The notes: generated by a model from the letters alone, not told the origin. A stretch of DNA of 32,000 bases from Ktedonobacterales bacterium (GCA_030167145.1 CP126532.1:3870001-3902000); one strand, 5' to 3'; shown: positions 23,232 through 31,419, counted from the stretch's first letter. A program made the numbers and translations.

Positions 23232-23885
23232 TCAGAACAGGGTCATTTGCTGTGGGGGTGGGGGGGATTGGTCGTCGTCGTCTTGCTTTTTGGGCGCGCT
23301 GAGCTTGCCCGCTGCGGCGAGGCGTGTGGCTTCGGTGAGGGCGGCGGGGATGGCGCGCTTGAAGTCGTCTATCACAGTCTGCTTCAGCGAGGCCTGGTGC
23401 AGCGCTGCGGCGGGATGGTACATCGCCACGACGATGCGCCCGTCTATGAGCTTGGCCTGGCCGTGGATCGCGCCGATGCGTGCGCCGGGGAAGAAGCGCG
23501 CCATGGAGAAACGGCCCAGCGTGACGATGACTTTGGGGTCAATCGCGGCGATCTGCTCGGTAAGGTAGTCGCCACATGCGGCGATTTCTTCGGGTAGGGG
23601 GTCGCGGTTCTCTGGCGGGCGGTGCTTGACGACGTTGGTGATGAAGACGGTGGAGCGGTCCAGGCCGACGCTGGCCAGCAGTTCGTTGAGGAACGCGCCC
23701 GCAGGCCCGACGAAGGGGCGGCCCTGGCGGTCTTCGTGGTAGCCTGGCCCCTCGCCGATGAACATCACTTCGGCGTGGGGGTCGCCCTCGCCAGGGACGC
23801 CATTTTTGGTATTGCGGTACAGGTCACATTTGGTGCAGTCGCGCACCGCTGCCGCGATTCGTTCGAGGACTTCCTCTGCCGACAT
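23232..23885 (-). CDS. udg: Uracil-DNA glycosylase, family 4
   Basis: GAGGAGAG lies upstream of the ATG. Contains CTKCDL (Fe-S cysteines), GEGPGYHEDRQGRPFVGPAG (motif A) and MYHPAAALH (motif B). Confidence 0.9.
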   Translation of the reverse strand: MSAEEVLERIAAAVRDCTKCDLYRNTKNGVPGEGDPHAEVMFIGEGPGYHEDRQGRPFVGPAGAFLNELLASVGLDRSTVFITNVVKHRPPENRDPLPEEIAACGDYLTEQIAAIDPKVIVTLGRFSMARFFPGARIGAIHGQAKLIDGRIVVAMYHPAAALHQASLKQTVIDDFKRAIPAALTEATRLAAAGKLSAPKKQDDDDQSPPPPQQMTLF

Positions 23886-24108
23886 ACCGCGCTCTCCTCT
23901 ACAATTCTTGCTACGTAGCGATCATTATGCTGTCAGGCTGCGGGGCCGCACTGCGCTTCCGCTGGGTGGAGAAGCGCAATGGAGGTACATGCCGCTCGCG
24001 CCCTAACGATAGCACACAGGCAGGGCGCACGGCAGTCCCTATCTCAGCTATATTTCTTTCCGAGCACATGGTTTCCGGCGTATTTTGGAATCCAAGGGGA
24101 TACAGAAA

Positions 24109-24134
24109 GCCGGATGGAAAAAGATCCATCCGGC
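24109..24134 (-). terminator. Intrinsic terminator of pnp
   Basis: GCCGGATGG AAAAAGAT CCATCCGGC, a 9-bp perfect stem, located 26 nt after the pnp stop. On the - strand it is followed by TTTCTGT. Confidence 0.6.
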
Positions 24135-24159
24135 TCTGGCGCGATGCGCTGCGCGTGGG

Positions 24160-26430
24160 CTAGTAGCGGCGGCCACCGCCACCACGCTGCCCACCAGGGC
24201 CACGGTCGCCACCGGGGCGTGGGCCGCTGGGACGCGGGCCACGGTCGCCGTAGCCGCCGGGGCGTGGGCCGCGCGGACCACCGAAGCCGCCGCCACGGGG
24301 GCCGCGATCTGCCGCCAATTCTTCGGCGGAGGGCATCTCGCCGCTGAGCGCGGCTTTGCGCGAGAGGTTGATGCGTCCCTGGGGGTCCACTTCGACCACC
24401 ATGACGGTGATCTCGTCGCCCGGCTGGATCACATCTTCTGGCCGGTTCACCGGATAGTCGGCGAGTTGGCTGGTGCGGACCAAGCCCTCTTTACCGGGCA
24501 GAATTTCGACGAATGCGCCAAAGTCTACCAGCCGTCGCACGACGCCGGTGTAGATCTTGCCGACCTCCACGTCTTCGGTGAGCGCGCGCACGGTATCCAT
24601 CGCGCGCTGCATGCCTTCGGACGAAACGGCGGCGATATGCACCGTGCCGTCGTCGTCAATGTCGAGCTTGGCGCCGGTCTCATCCTGGATGCGGCGAATC
24701 GTCTTGCCGCCTGGGCCGATGACGATACCGATCTTATCCTGGTTGATCTTGATGGATTGGATCCGCGGCGCATACTCGGAGATGTCCTGGCGGGGTTCGG
24801 GCAGGGCTTCGAGCATCTTATCCATGATGAACATGCGGCCGTCTTTGGCCTGGGCCATGGCCTGGGCCAGCACTTCCGTGGTCAGGCCTTTGATCTTGAT
24901 GTCCATCTGGAGCGCGGTGATGCCGTCCGCCGTGCCCGCGACCTTGAAGTCCATGTCGCCCATGGCGTCTTCGAGGCCCTGGATGTCGGTGAGGATGGCG
25001 TACTTGTCCAGCGTCACGCCGTCGGCGGTGATGAGGCCCATCGCCACGCCCGCGACCGGCGCTTTGATCGGCACACCCGCGTCCATCAGGCTGAGAGTGC
25101 TGCCGCAGGTGGAGGCCATCGAGGTCGAGCCGTTGGAGCTGAGGATTTCGGAGACGACGCGAATGGTGTAGGGGAACTCGCTCTGTTCGGGGATCACCGG
25201 CAGCAGCGCGCGTTCCGCCAGCGCGCCGTGGCCGATCTCGCGGCGGCCCGGACCGCGCGAGGGGCGCGCTTCGCCGACGCTGAAGGCGGGGAAGTTGTAG
25301 TGGTGGATGTAGCGCTTGCCTTCCTCCGCGCCGAGGCCGTCGAGATGTTGCTCTTCGCCGGGGGAGCCGAGCGTGACGATGCTGAGAGCCTGGGTCTGCC
25401 CGCGCGTGAAGATGGCTGAGCCGTGTGGGCGCGGCAGCACGCCGACCTCGCACCAGATGGGGCGGATGTCTTTCGTGCCACGGCCATCGGGGCGGACACC
25501 TTGCTCTAGGATCTGGGTGCGGACGAACTTTTTCTCTTCTTTCTCGAAGAGTGATGTGATCTCTTTACCGCGCTCCGGATACTTCGGGGCAAGGTCGGCC
25601 ATGAGCGCCTCGGCAATTGCGCCGAAGGCGGCCTCACGCTCGGCCTTGGTCTTGTGCGCGGAGGCGGCGGCGAAGCGTGGCTGCACGAAGTCGCCGACGG
25701 CCTTGGCGAGGGCGGCGTCTGGCTCTGGCGCAGTGAAGGTTTTCTTAGGCTTGCCCGCTTTGGCGACCAGCTCGCGCTGCATTCTGACGAGTTCCTTGAT
25801 GACCTCGTGCCCCTGGCGGATGGCTTCGATCATCGTCGCTTCGGGCAGCTCTTTGGCGCCCGCCTCGACCATCACCACGGCGTCATCGGTGCCGGCGAGC
25901 GAGAGGTCCAGCATGCTGGCGGGCAATTCTGAGGCGCGCGGGTTGACGACGACTTTACCATCCAGGTAGCCCACGCGGACGGCGCCAACCGGCCCAGCCC
26001 AGGGAATATCGGAGATGGCGAGCGCGGCGGAGGCGCCGACGACGCCAAGGATGTCGGCATCGTTTTCGCCGTCCACTGAGAGCACAGTGACGACGACCTG
26101 TACGTCGTTGCGATAGCCCTTGGGAAAGAGCGGGCGAATGGGTCGGTCAACCAGACGCGAAGCGAGAATCGAGTGTTCGGTGGGGCGGCCTTCGCGCTTG
26201 ATGAAGCCGCCAGGGATTTTGCCTGCGGCATACATGCGCTCTTCCACGTCTACGGTCAAGGGGAAGAAGTCAATGCCCTCGCGCGGGGATGTGCTCATGG
26301 TGGCGGTGGCCAGCAGCACGGTTTCGCCATAGCGACAAAGCACCGCGCCATTGGCTTGCTCGGCGACGCGCCCTGTCTCAATGCTGAGGGTGCGCCCGTT
26401 GAGTGTCATTTCGACTGTGTGAAGAACCAT
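24160..26430 (-). CDS. pnp: Polynucleotide phosphorylase with an Arg/Gly-rich C-terminal tail
   Basis: GGAGG lies upstream of the ATG at 26430. It has two RNase PH-like halves, a KH domain (INQDKIGIVIGPGGKTIRRI) and an S1 domain (VGKIYTGVVRRLVDFGAFVEILPGKEGLV), followed by about 50 aa of RGG/PRG repeats. Confidence 0.95.
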   Translation of the reverse strand: MVLHTVEMTLNGRTLSIETGRVAEQANGAVLCRYGETVLLATATMSTSPREGIDFFPLTVDVEERMYAAGKIPGGFIKREGRPTEHSILASRLVDRPIRPLFPKGYRNDVQVVVTVLSVDGENDADILGVVGASAALAISDIPWAGPVGAVRVGYLDGKVVVNPRASELPASMLDLSLAGTDDAVVMVEAGAKELPEATMIEAIRQGHEVIKELVRMQRELVAKAGKPKKTFTAPEPDAALAKAVGDFVQPRFAAASAHKTKAEREAAFGAIAEALMADLAPKYPERGKEITSLFEKEEKKFVRTQILEQGVRPDGRGTKDIRPIWCEVGVLPRPHGSAIFTRGQTQALSIVTLGSPGEEQHLDGLGAEEGKRYIHHYNFPAFSVGEARPSRGPGRREIGHGALAERALLPVIPEQSEFPYTIRVVSEILSSNGSTSMASTCGSTLSLMDAGVPIKAPVAGVAMGLITADGVTLDKYAILTDIQGLEDAMGDMDFKVAGTADGITALQMDIKIKGLTTEVLAQAMAQAKDGRMFIMDKMLEALPEPRQDISEYAPRIQSIKINQDKIGIVIGPGGKTIRRIQDETGAKLDIDDDGTVHIAAVSSEGMQRAMDTVRALTEDVEVGKIYTGVVRRLVDFGAFVEILPGKEGLVRTSQLADYPVNRPEDVIQPGDEITVMVVEVDPQGRINLSRKAALSGEMPSAEELAADRGPRGGGFGGPRGPRPGGYGDRGPRPSGPRPGGDRGPGGQRGGGGRRY

Positions 26431-26680
26431 ACGTTTTCATTCCTCCGGCGGCGCACAACACTGTTCGTGTACATTCGTGAGCCGTCCGTGCCGGTCTATG
26501 TCCGGCGATGTGCTTCCTTTTTCAAAGCGCTTTTGGACGCTGGCCCGGAGCCATAGCGATGCTGAGGGGATAGCTCCCCAAGATAGCCACATGCGAGCCG
26601 GACCGTCGCGGCGCGGGGGCCGACGATGACGGTTGAGGCTCGCACAATGCGGTTCCAGGCAGCGGAGAACGTGCGGACAA

Positions 26681-26950
26681 TTAGCGCCGCAGTCCGAGCG
26701 AGGCGATCAGCGTGCGGTAGCGCTCCGGACTGGTGCGATTCAAGTACTTCAGCATGCGGCGGCGCTGGCCGACCATCTTGAGCAAGCCTCGGCGGGAGTG
26801 GTTGTCGTGTTTGTTCTCCGCGAGATGCCCTTGCAAGTCCTGGATACGCCTGGTGAGCAGAGCGATCTGCACCTCGGCTGAGCCAGTGTCGCCCTCGTGC
26901 GTTTGATACTGGGCGATGACGTCCGCTTTGTCCTCGGTCTGTAATGCCAT
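26681..26950 (-). CDS. rpsO: 30S ribosomal protein S15
   Basis: 89 aa, with [47 protein letters not shown]. It sits in the canonical rpsO-pnp arrangement. Confidence 0.95.
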   Translation of the reverse strand: MALQTEDKADVIAQYQTHEGDTGSAEVQIALLTRRIQDLQGHLAENKHDNHSRRGLLKMVGQRRRMLKYLNRTSPERYRTLIASLGLRR

Positions 26951-27305
26951 GTGTTGGAGCCGCGCCCCTGCCGACTTTTGAGTTGGTGTTCACGCATCGG
27001 GCAGGAGTGGGCTATCTCCTTTTCAGTGCTTGCGGGAGCGCACACAGGCGCTCTCTCGGTACTGTGGGCGTCGCTCCATACTCGGCGCATGGGTCCAATC
27101 CCGCGTGCAGGTGGCGGCCTATGCTGAGCCTGGGGAAACGCCGTTTATTGCCAAAAAGCTGTCTGGCTCGTGCCTCCACGCCGGGAGAGAGGATGACCCC
27201 GCATTAGCCCGCATCAGGAAGTCGCGCGGGGGTGTCCCAACGCTATCGCCCGCCCACTACTCTTGGGCGGACCCTTTGTGTGTTCACACGTGTTAGACGA
27301 AAGAT

Positions 27306-27334
27306 AGTATAGCACAGCCCGTCGCATATCACAA
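27306..27334 (-). promoter_or_regulatory. Candidate leftward sigma-70 promoter: TTGTGA, 17-nt spacer, TATACT
   Basis: On the - strand, TTGTGA lies at + coordinates 27329-27334 and TATACT at 27306-27311. The -35 element overlaps one arm of the 27328-27347 palindrome. It lies about 350 nt upstream of rpsO. Confidence 0.3.
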
Positions 27335-27381
27335 TTAGTTTTGTGATGAAGGGAACCCACGGGCGCCTCCTTTGTTTCCTT

Positions 27382-27411
27382 GTCACGTCTATCATGGTCG
27401 CGTCTATCATG
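27382..27411 (+). promoter_or_regulatory. Tandem 15-bp direct repeat upstream of the ECF sigma gene
   Basis: GTCACGTCTATCATG followed by GTCGCGTCTATCATG, ending 47 nt before the ATG at 27459. It begins inside TGTCACG, which resembles the ECF41 -35 element. Confidence 0.35.
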
Positions 27412-27458
27412 TGAGAGGGGTCCCTTCGGTGATACCGCCCAACGAGAGGACGTGAGAC

Positions 27459-28352
27459 ATGGATGAGAACGCCTGGTTGGCCGAGCGCTTCGAGGCAAAC
27501 CGCTCCCACTTGCGCGGCGTCGCCTATCGTATGCTTGGCTCCTTGTCCGATGCGGACGACGCCGTCCAGGAAGCCTGGATCCGCCTCAGCCGCACCGACA
27601 CGAGTGAAATTGACACTATTGACAATCTCCGGGCCTGGTTGACGACGGTCATCGGGAGGGTCTGTCTCAACATGTTGCGCTCGCGCACGACGCGCCGCGA
27701 AGTGTCCCTGGAGACCCACATCCCGGATTTCATCGTGAGTCCGGAGCAGGGAATCGATCCCGAGCAGGAAGCCGTGCTGGGCGATGCCGTCGGGCTTGCC
27801 TTGTTCGTGGTCCTCGACTCCCTCACGCCCGCCGAACGGGTTGCCTTCGTGTTGCACGACGTCTTCGCCGTGCCGTTCGACGAGATCGCTTCGATCGTCG
27901 CCCGAACGCCGACGGCTGTCCGGCAGATGGCGAGCCGTGCGCGTCGCCGGGTCCAGGGTGCGCCTGTGCCCGACGTTGATCTTGATGGCCAGTGGGCCGT
28001 CGCCGACGCCTTTCTTGCCGCGGCGCATGCCGGTGATTTCGGGGCACTGCTGACCATCCTCGATCCGGACATCGTGCTGCGCTCCGACGGCGGGGTGGCG
28101 CGTCCGGATCTGATCTCCCTCGTGCGCGGCGCGCAGGCCGTCGGCGAGCAGGCGATGTCCTTCCGCCGGTTTGCGGAAACGGCGACGCGGATCCTGGTGA
28201 ACGGGATACCGGGAGGCATCGCCTGGGCGCCCGACGGGAGTCCATTTGCAGTCCTGGCGCTGACGGTCAAGGGTGGGAGGATCATCGCCATCCACGTGCT
28301 CGCGGATCCGGAGCGACTCGGCCAGATGGATCTCACCGTGGTCGCTGGCTGA
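27459..28352 (+). CDS. ECF sigma factor with a C-terminal SnoaL/NTF2-like extension (ECF41/SigJ-like)
   Basis: Region 2 is LRGVAYRMLGSLSDADDAVQEAWIRLSR. Region 4 is ERVAFVLHDVFAVPFDEIASIVARTPTAVRQMASRARRRV. About 110 further residues follow. No anti-sigma gene is adjacent. Confidence 0.85.
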   Translation: MDENAWLAERFEANRSHLRGVAYRMLGSLSDADDAVQEAWIRLSRTDTSEIDTIDNLRAWLTTVIGRVCLNMLRSRTTRREVSLETHIPDFIVSPEQGIDPEQEAVLGDAVGLALFVVLDSLTPAERVAFVLHDVFAVPFDEIASIVARTPTAVRQMASRARRRVQGAPVPDVDLDGQWAVADAFLAAAHAGDFGALLTILDPDIVLRSDGGVARPDLISLVRGAQAVGEQAMSFRRFAETATRILVNGIPGGIAWAPDGSPFAVLALTVKGGRIIAIHVLADPERLGQMDLTVVAG

Positions 28353-28384
28353 AGGTTCGCGTCCTTCAGGCGGTGGTCACGTCG

Positions 28385-28411
28385 CGTCACATCCGCGCCT
28401 TCTTGCGGGTC
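28385..28411 (+). promoter_or_regulatory. Candidate ECF41-type promoter: CGTCACA, 16-nt spacer, GGTC
   Basis: The consensus, as I recall it, is TGTCACA-N16-CGTC. The sequence here has CGTCACA at 28385-28391 and GGTC at 28408-28411, about 48 nt before the GTG start at 28459. Confidence 0.35.
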
Positions 28412-28458
28412 TTCTGTGTAGCGCCGCAAACGAAGCGACGCAAGAAGGAGACAAGCAC

Positions 28459-28935
28459 GTGAGTAATCAAATTGGGAATGTCGCAGTGGCGCCGCGTGGA
28501 GGTGTCCCACGGCGGGTTCGGGTCTTCAGCCCAATCCTGAAGTTCCTGATAGATGCTGGCATACCGTTGGGCTTCAATAAGCTCGTCACCATTCGCGGCC
28601 GGAAGAGTGGCCTGCCGCGCACCACGCCTTTGGCGGTCATTGCGGTCGGAGGCAGGCGTTGGGTCTGGTCCCCCTGGGGCGAGTCCCAATGGGTGCGTAA
28701 CCTGCGCGCGGCTGGCCGCGCGACCATCGCGGCGCGAGGCCGGACAGAAGAAGTCACTGTGACCGAGCTGGACCCGACGGAGCGCGTTGAGTACTTCCGC
28801 GACGTCCTTGGTCCGCTCGCGCGAAGCATTCCATTCGGTGTCCAGTTCATCCGCATCGTTGATGGTGTTGATCTCGGCGATCCGGTGGCAGCGGCCGAGG
28901 GCCGGCGTGTCTTCGAACTCCACCCAGTTCGATGA
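28459..28935 (+). CDS. Deazaflavin (F420)-dependent nitroreductase-family (DDN-like) oxidoreductase
   Basis: AAGGAG lies 8 nt before the GTG at 28459. RGRKSGLPRTTPLAVIAVGGRRWVWSPWGESQWVRNLRAAGRATI fits the DDN/PF04075 pattern as I recall it. Confidence 0.7.
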   Translation: MSNQIGNVAVAPRGGVPRRVRVFSPILKFLIDAGIPLGFNKLVTIRGRKSGLPRTTPLAVIAVGGRRWVWSPWGESQWVRNLRAAGRATIAARGRTEEVTVTELDPTERVEYFRDVLGPLARSIPFGVQFIRIVDGVDLGDPVAAAEGRRVFELHPVR

Positions 28936-28991
28936 CGTCCGCCGCTGAACCCGGAGGTCGAGCCAACGTCACGACCGCGGCCCACCGCTGA

Positions 28992-29170
28992 GAGGGCGAG
29001 CACTCGTCGCCAAGTTCCGCAAGGTCCACGCGAGGCCGTCCGGGGTGTCTTGGCCAGCCAACCAGCATGCATTCGCGCTGCCACAAGGCCCCGCGCAGAA
29101 AAGCGCTGGCTATAGCTGCGGGCGTGGCAGACCACGTCTGGACCATTGATGAGATCATCGCGCTGCTTGC
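28992..29170 (+). pseudogene. Possible remnant of a transposase C-terminus
   Basis: The open frame encodes ...HSRCHKAPRRKALAIAAGVADHVWTIDEIIALL. The AAGV.DHVW...E tail resembles the extreme C-terminus of several DDE transposase families, from memory only. No upstream catalytic region is present, and the fragment sits next to a tRNA gene. Confidence 0.25.
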
Positions 29171-29442
29171 GGGTCACGCACCCAAGATCGTCAGCGCGGC
29201 ACATTTCGCCGACCGTGCGCACCCGATTCTGCAGGCTAGGGATGCTGGCATGGGGGAGTTTGGGTCGTGTCGGTCCAGCAGCAACTCGGTGACGGCGTGT
29301 GTGCTCGCACGCTTCGCCGTGGACACCAAGCGCACGTTGGGGATTGGTTGGGCATCGAGGGTGTGGGCAACGGTTGCATTTGCGATTCGCCCGTGGTATA
29401 CTTTGCGGTGCGCGGCAGCGACGTTTCGACGCTTAAGCGCAT

Positions 29443-29518
<76 letters not shown>

Positions 29519-29550
29519 ACAGACAATCGAATTTTGCGCCGTTTGATGAG

Positions 29551-29580
29551 AGCCGCATCTAACCAATGGTGCGGCTTTCG
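29551..29580 (+). terminator. Hairpin after the tRNA
   Basis: AGCCGCA - 12-nt loop - TGCGGCT, followed by TTCG. Confidence 0.4.
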
Positions 29581-29789
29581 TGCGTATTGGCAGCCAAACG
29601 CATCCGCAACGCATTCGCACGTCACCCCTGACATTGCCATGGGCCAGGACTACGGCGCACGCGCTGTGCAAACCACCCTGAGCCAACCTTAGCCTACTCG
29701 TAGTCACATACTTTTTGGCAAACCTGCTCGTCATTCACTTATTGAACTTACGTTTAAGACTATGATCTTACAACGCGACAACATAGATA

Positions 29790-29818
29790 TTGACAAGCGC
29801 TTATCCGTTGTGTATACT
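29790..29818 (+). promoter_or_regulatory. Near-consensus sigma-70 promoter: TTGACA, 17-nt spacer, TATACT (same hexamers as at 20208)
   Basis: TTGACA is at 29790-29795, the spacer is 17 nt, and TATACT is at 29813-29818. Confidence 0.5.
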
Positions 29819-30019
29819 GCTCTCGTCTCAAGTTTCAAAGGAGGCGGCGAATACACACTGGAGTCGCACGTTGCATGACGCAACGTTGTGTCATGCGGCT
29901 TCCGTGATGCCTGCCAGTACGCTACATTGCGACTCACCAGTTGGCAAGATGGCGGGATAGCTAGTTCGAGCGCAGCGTAGTGGCCAAGATGCATCCAATA
30001 CTCTCGAAGGGATCTAACC

Positions 30020-30403
30020 GTGCCGACGCTCCCAGTGACACTGCTCTCCATCCCAATCAACAATCCGTTTCCCGTGACTCTGGCGCTAAGCGCAGCCGCC
30101 ATTGCTATCTTTGGTATCGAGCTGGCGGTAGCCAAGCTGCATATACATCCCCAAAATAGGATGTACTTCTTTATGGTTAGCTGCTTAGCTCTTGGGGTGA
30201 TACTCGCAGTGTGGTCTGGTTATTACGCTCTCCAAGGGCCGTCTGCCGCAGAGCCCATAATTCACGGTTCCGGCGCTCATAACACTTACTATGATTTCTA
30301 CGCAAATGTGTGGGCTGCAAATGTCGCCATCTTCCTCGTGATGAGCATACTGGTGCTAGTAATTGGAATCGCGCTGACAAGGCAAAGGAGACAGAGGGGA
30401 TGA
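30020..30403 (+). CDS. Small integral membrane protein (3 predicted TM helices)
   Basis: GTG at 30020 has GAAGGGA 7 nt upstream. Hydrophobic segments are FPVTLALSAAAIAIFGIELAVA, YFFMVSCLALGVILAVWSGYYAL and ANVAIFLVMSILVLVIGIALT, followed by RQRRQRG. The start is uncertain. Confidence 0.5.
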   Translation: MPTLPVTLLSIPINNPFPVTLALSAAAIAIFGIELAVAKLHIHPQNRMYFFMVSCLALGVILAVWSGYYALQGPSAAEPIIHGSGAHNTYYDFYANVWAANVAIFLVMSILVLVIGIALTRQRRQRG

Positions 30404-30603
30404 GGCTATGCGCTATGCAGGCGCTTCCGCTCCACTACTAGGCCTATGGCTGATTCATCCAACGGTGGAGCACCCGATGCCAGTCCTTCTATCTCGCACT
30501 TCCAGCAAACAGTGCTGAGCCGAGTTTTCGGATGTGCCATGTAGCGAGGGCACAGTAGCAATCGAGGTAGTCTACTTGCCTCGACAGTCGACAGGAGGCG
30601 AAT

Positions 30604-31344
30604 ATGTCGCGAGCATCTGCCCTATTAAGACTGGTATTAGTGGCACTCGTCGTTACAACCGGCTTTACGATGCTTACGTCGAAATCTGCCTTTGCCTACT
30701 CCTGCGACGGATACTTTTGTCACTACCATATGTGGGCAAATTCAGGTTCTGGCGCAAACGGCACGCGAGGATACATAACTGCTCCGACAAGCATCTCTGG
30801 CATTTCAAGCCAGAATGAGGACACCCTGACGTTGTCAACTTGGATGTGGGGATCAGCTGGGACTGGATACCAATCCTCAGTCGAAGCGGGATTAGCCTAC
30901 GGTTACGCAAGTTACTGTGGAACCTACGTAGCCTACTGGCATCCTTATGGCACCAAAGACAACGGCGGTACTGGACAAGAGGCGTGCGGCACACATCTTT
31001 ACGGAGGGACGTCCTATCTAACATCTGCATATCACTCGGGAAGCAACGCCCATTCTCGGGTGCAAGATGGATCAACCATCGTTTTCGATTATAACTGGGG
31101 ATCATACAGCGATATCTTTGGATTTGACAACATGTCCCAATACGAAGTATGGGCGACGCAAGGGCAATCCGTGCCTTCGTGGGGAAGCTCGAGTATTGGG
31201 GGGTTGCAGTGGGAAGACTCCAACGGCAACTGGAACTACTGGGGATTTTTGAACACAAGTACAGACAATCAAAATGGTTGTCCATACACCTCGCTCAAAT
31301 TGAGCAGCATCGCTTTCCAAGGATATAAGTCATCCGGGTGCTAG
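30604..31344 (+). CDS. Secreted hypothetical protein, rich in G/S/Y/W, with 6 Cys
   Basis: AGGAGG lies 5 nt before the ATG. The signal peptide is MSRASALLRLVLVALVVTTGFTMLTSKSAFA/YS. I recognise no family with confidence. Confidence 0.7.
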   Translation: MSRASALLRLVLVALVVTTGFTMLTSKSAFAYSCDGYFCHYHMWANSGSGANGTRGYITAPTSISGISSQNEDTLTLSTWMWGSAGTGYQSSVEAGLAYGYASYCGTYVAYWHPYGTKDNGGTGQEACGTHLYGGTSYLTSAYHSGSNAHSRVQDGSTIVFDYNWGSYSDIFGFDNMSQYEVWATQGQSVPSWGSSSIGGLQWEDSNGNWNYWGFLNTSTDNQNGCPYTSLKLSSIAFQGYKSSGC

Positions 31345-31353
31345 TCGAAAGGG

Positions 31354-31387
31354 AGAGCCATCTCGAGCGGCAATTCGAGATGGCTCT
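31354..31387 (+). terminator. Perfect 13-bp stem hairpin after the secreted-protein gene
   Basis: AGAGCCATCTCGA GCGGCAAT TCGAGATGGCTCT, located 10 nt after the stop. There is no clear U-tract. Confidence 0.5.
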
Positions 31388-31419
31388 TACGGCCCACCGC
31401 ATGGAAAGAGACTCTAACA

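Noticed and set aside
24085-25419. A 444-aa + strand ORF opposite pnp, together with similar ORFs at 27243-28295, 27524-28510 and 28467-29222 opposite the sigma and DDN-like genes
   Set aside because: These are shadow ORFs of well-supported genes on the other strand and have no recognisable motifs.
26431-26680. The rpsO-pnp intergenic region as an RNase III-type pnp autoregulatory hairpin
   Set aside because: An imperfect long hairpin (about 26595-26641, GAGCC..ACCGTC / GACGGT..GGCTC) can be drawn. However, GC-rich DNA yields such pairings easily, and I cannot show conservation. The evidence is too weak to call as a feature.
29731-30135. A 134-aa - strand ORF downstream of the tRNA
   Set aside because: It spans the rightward consensus promoter and leader and runs antisense to the TM-rich + strand ORF. 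It has no SD, and its N-terminal part is simply the complement of hydrophobic codons.
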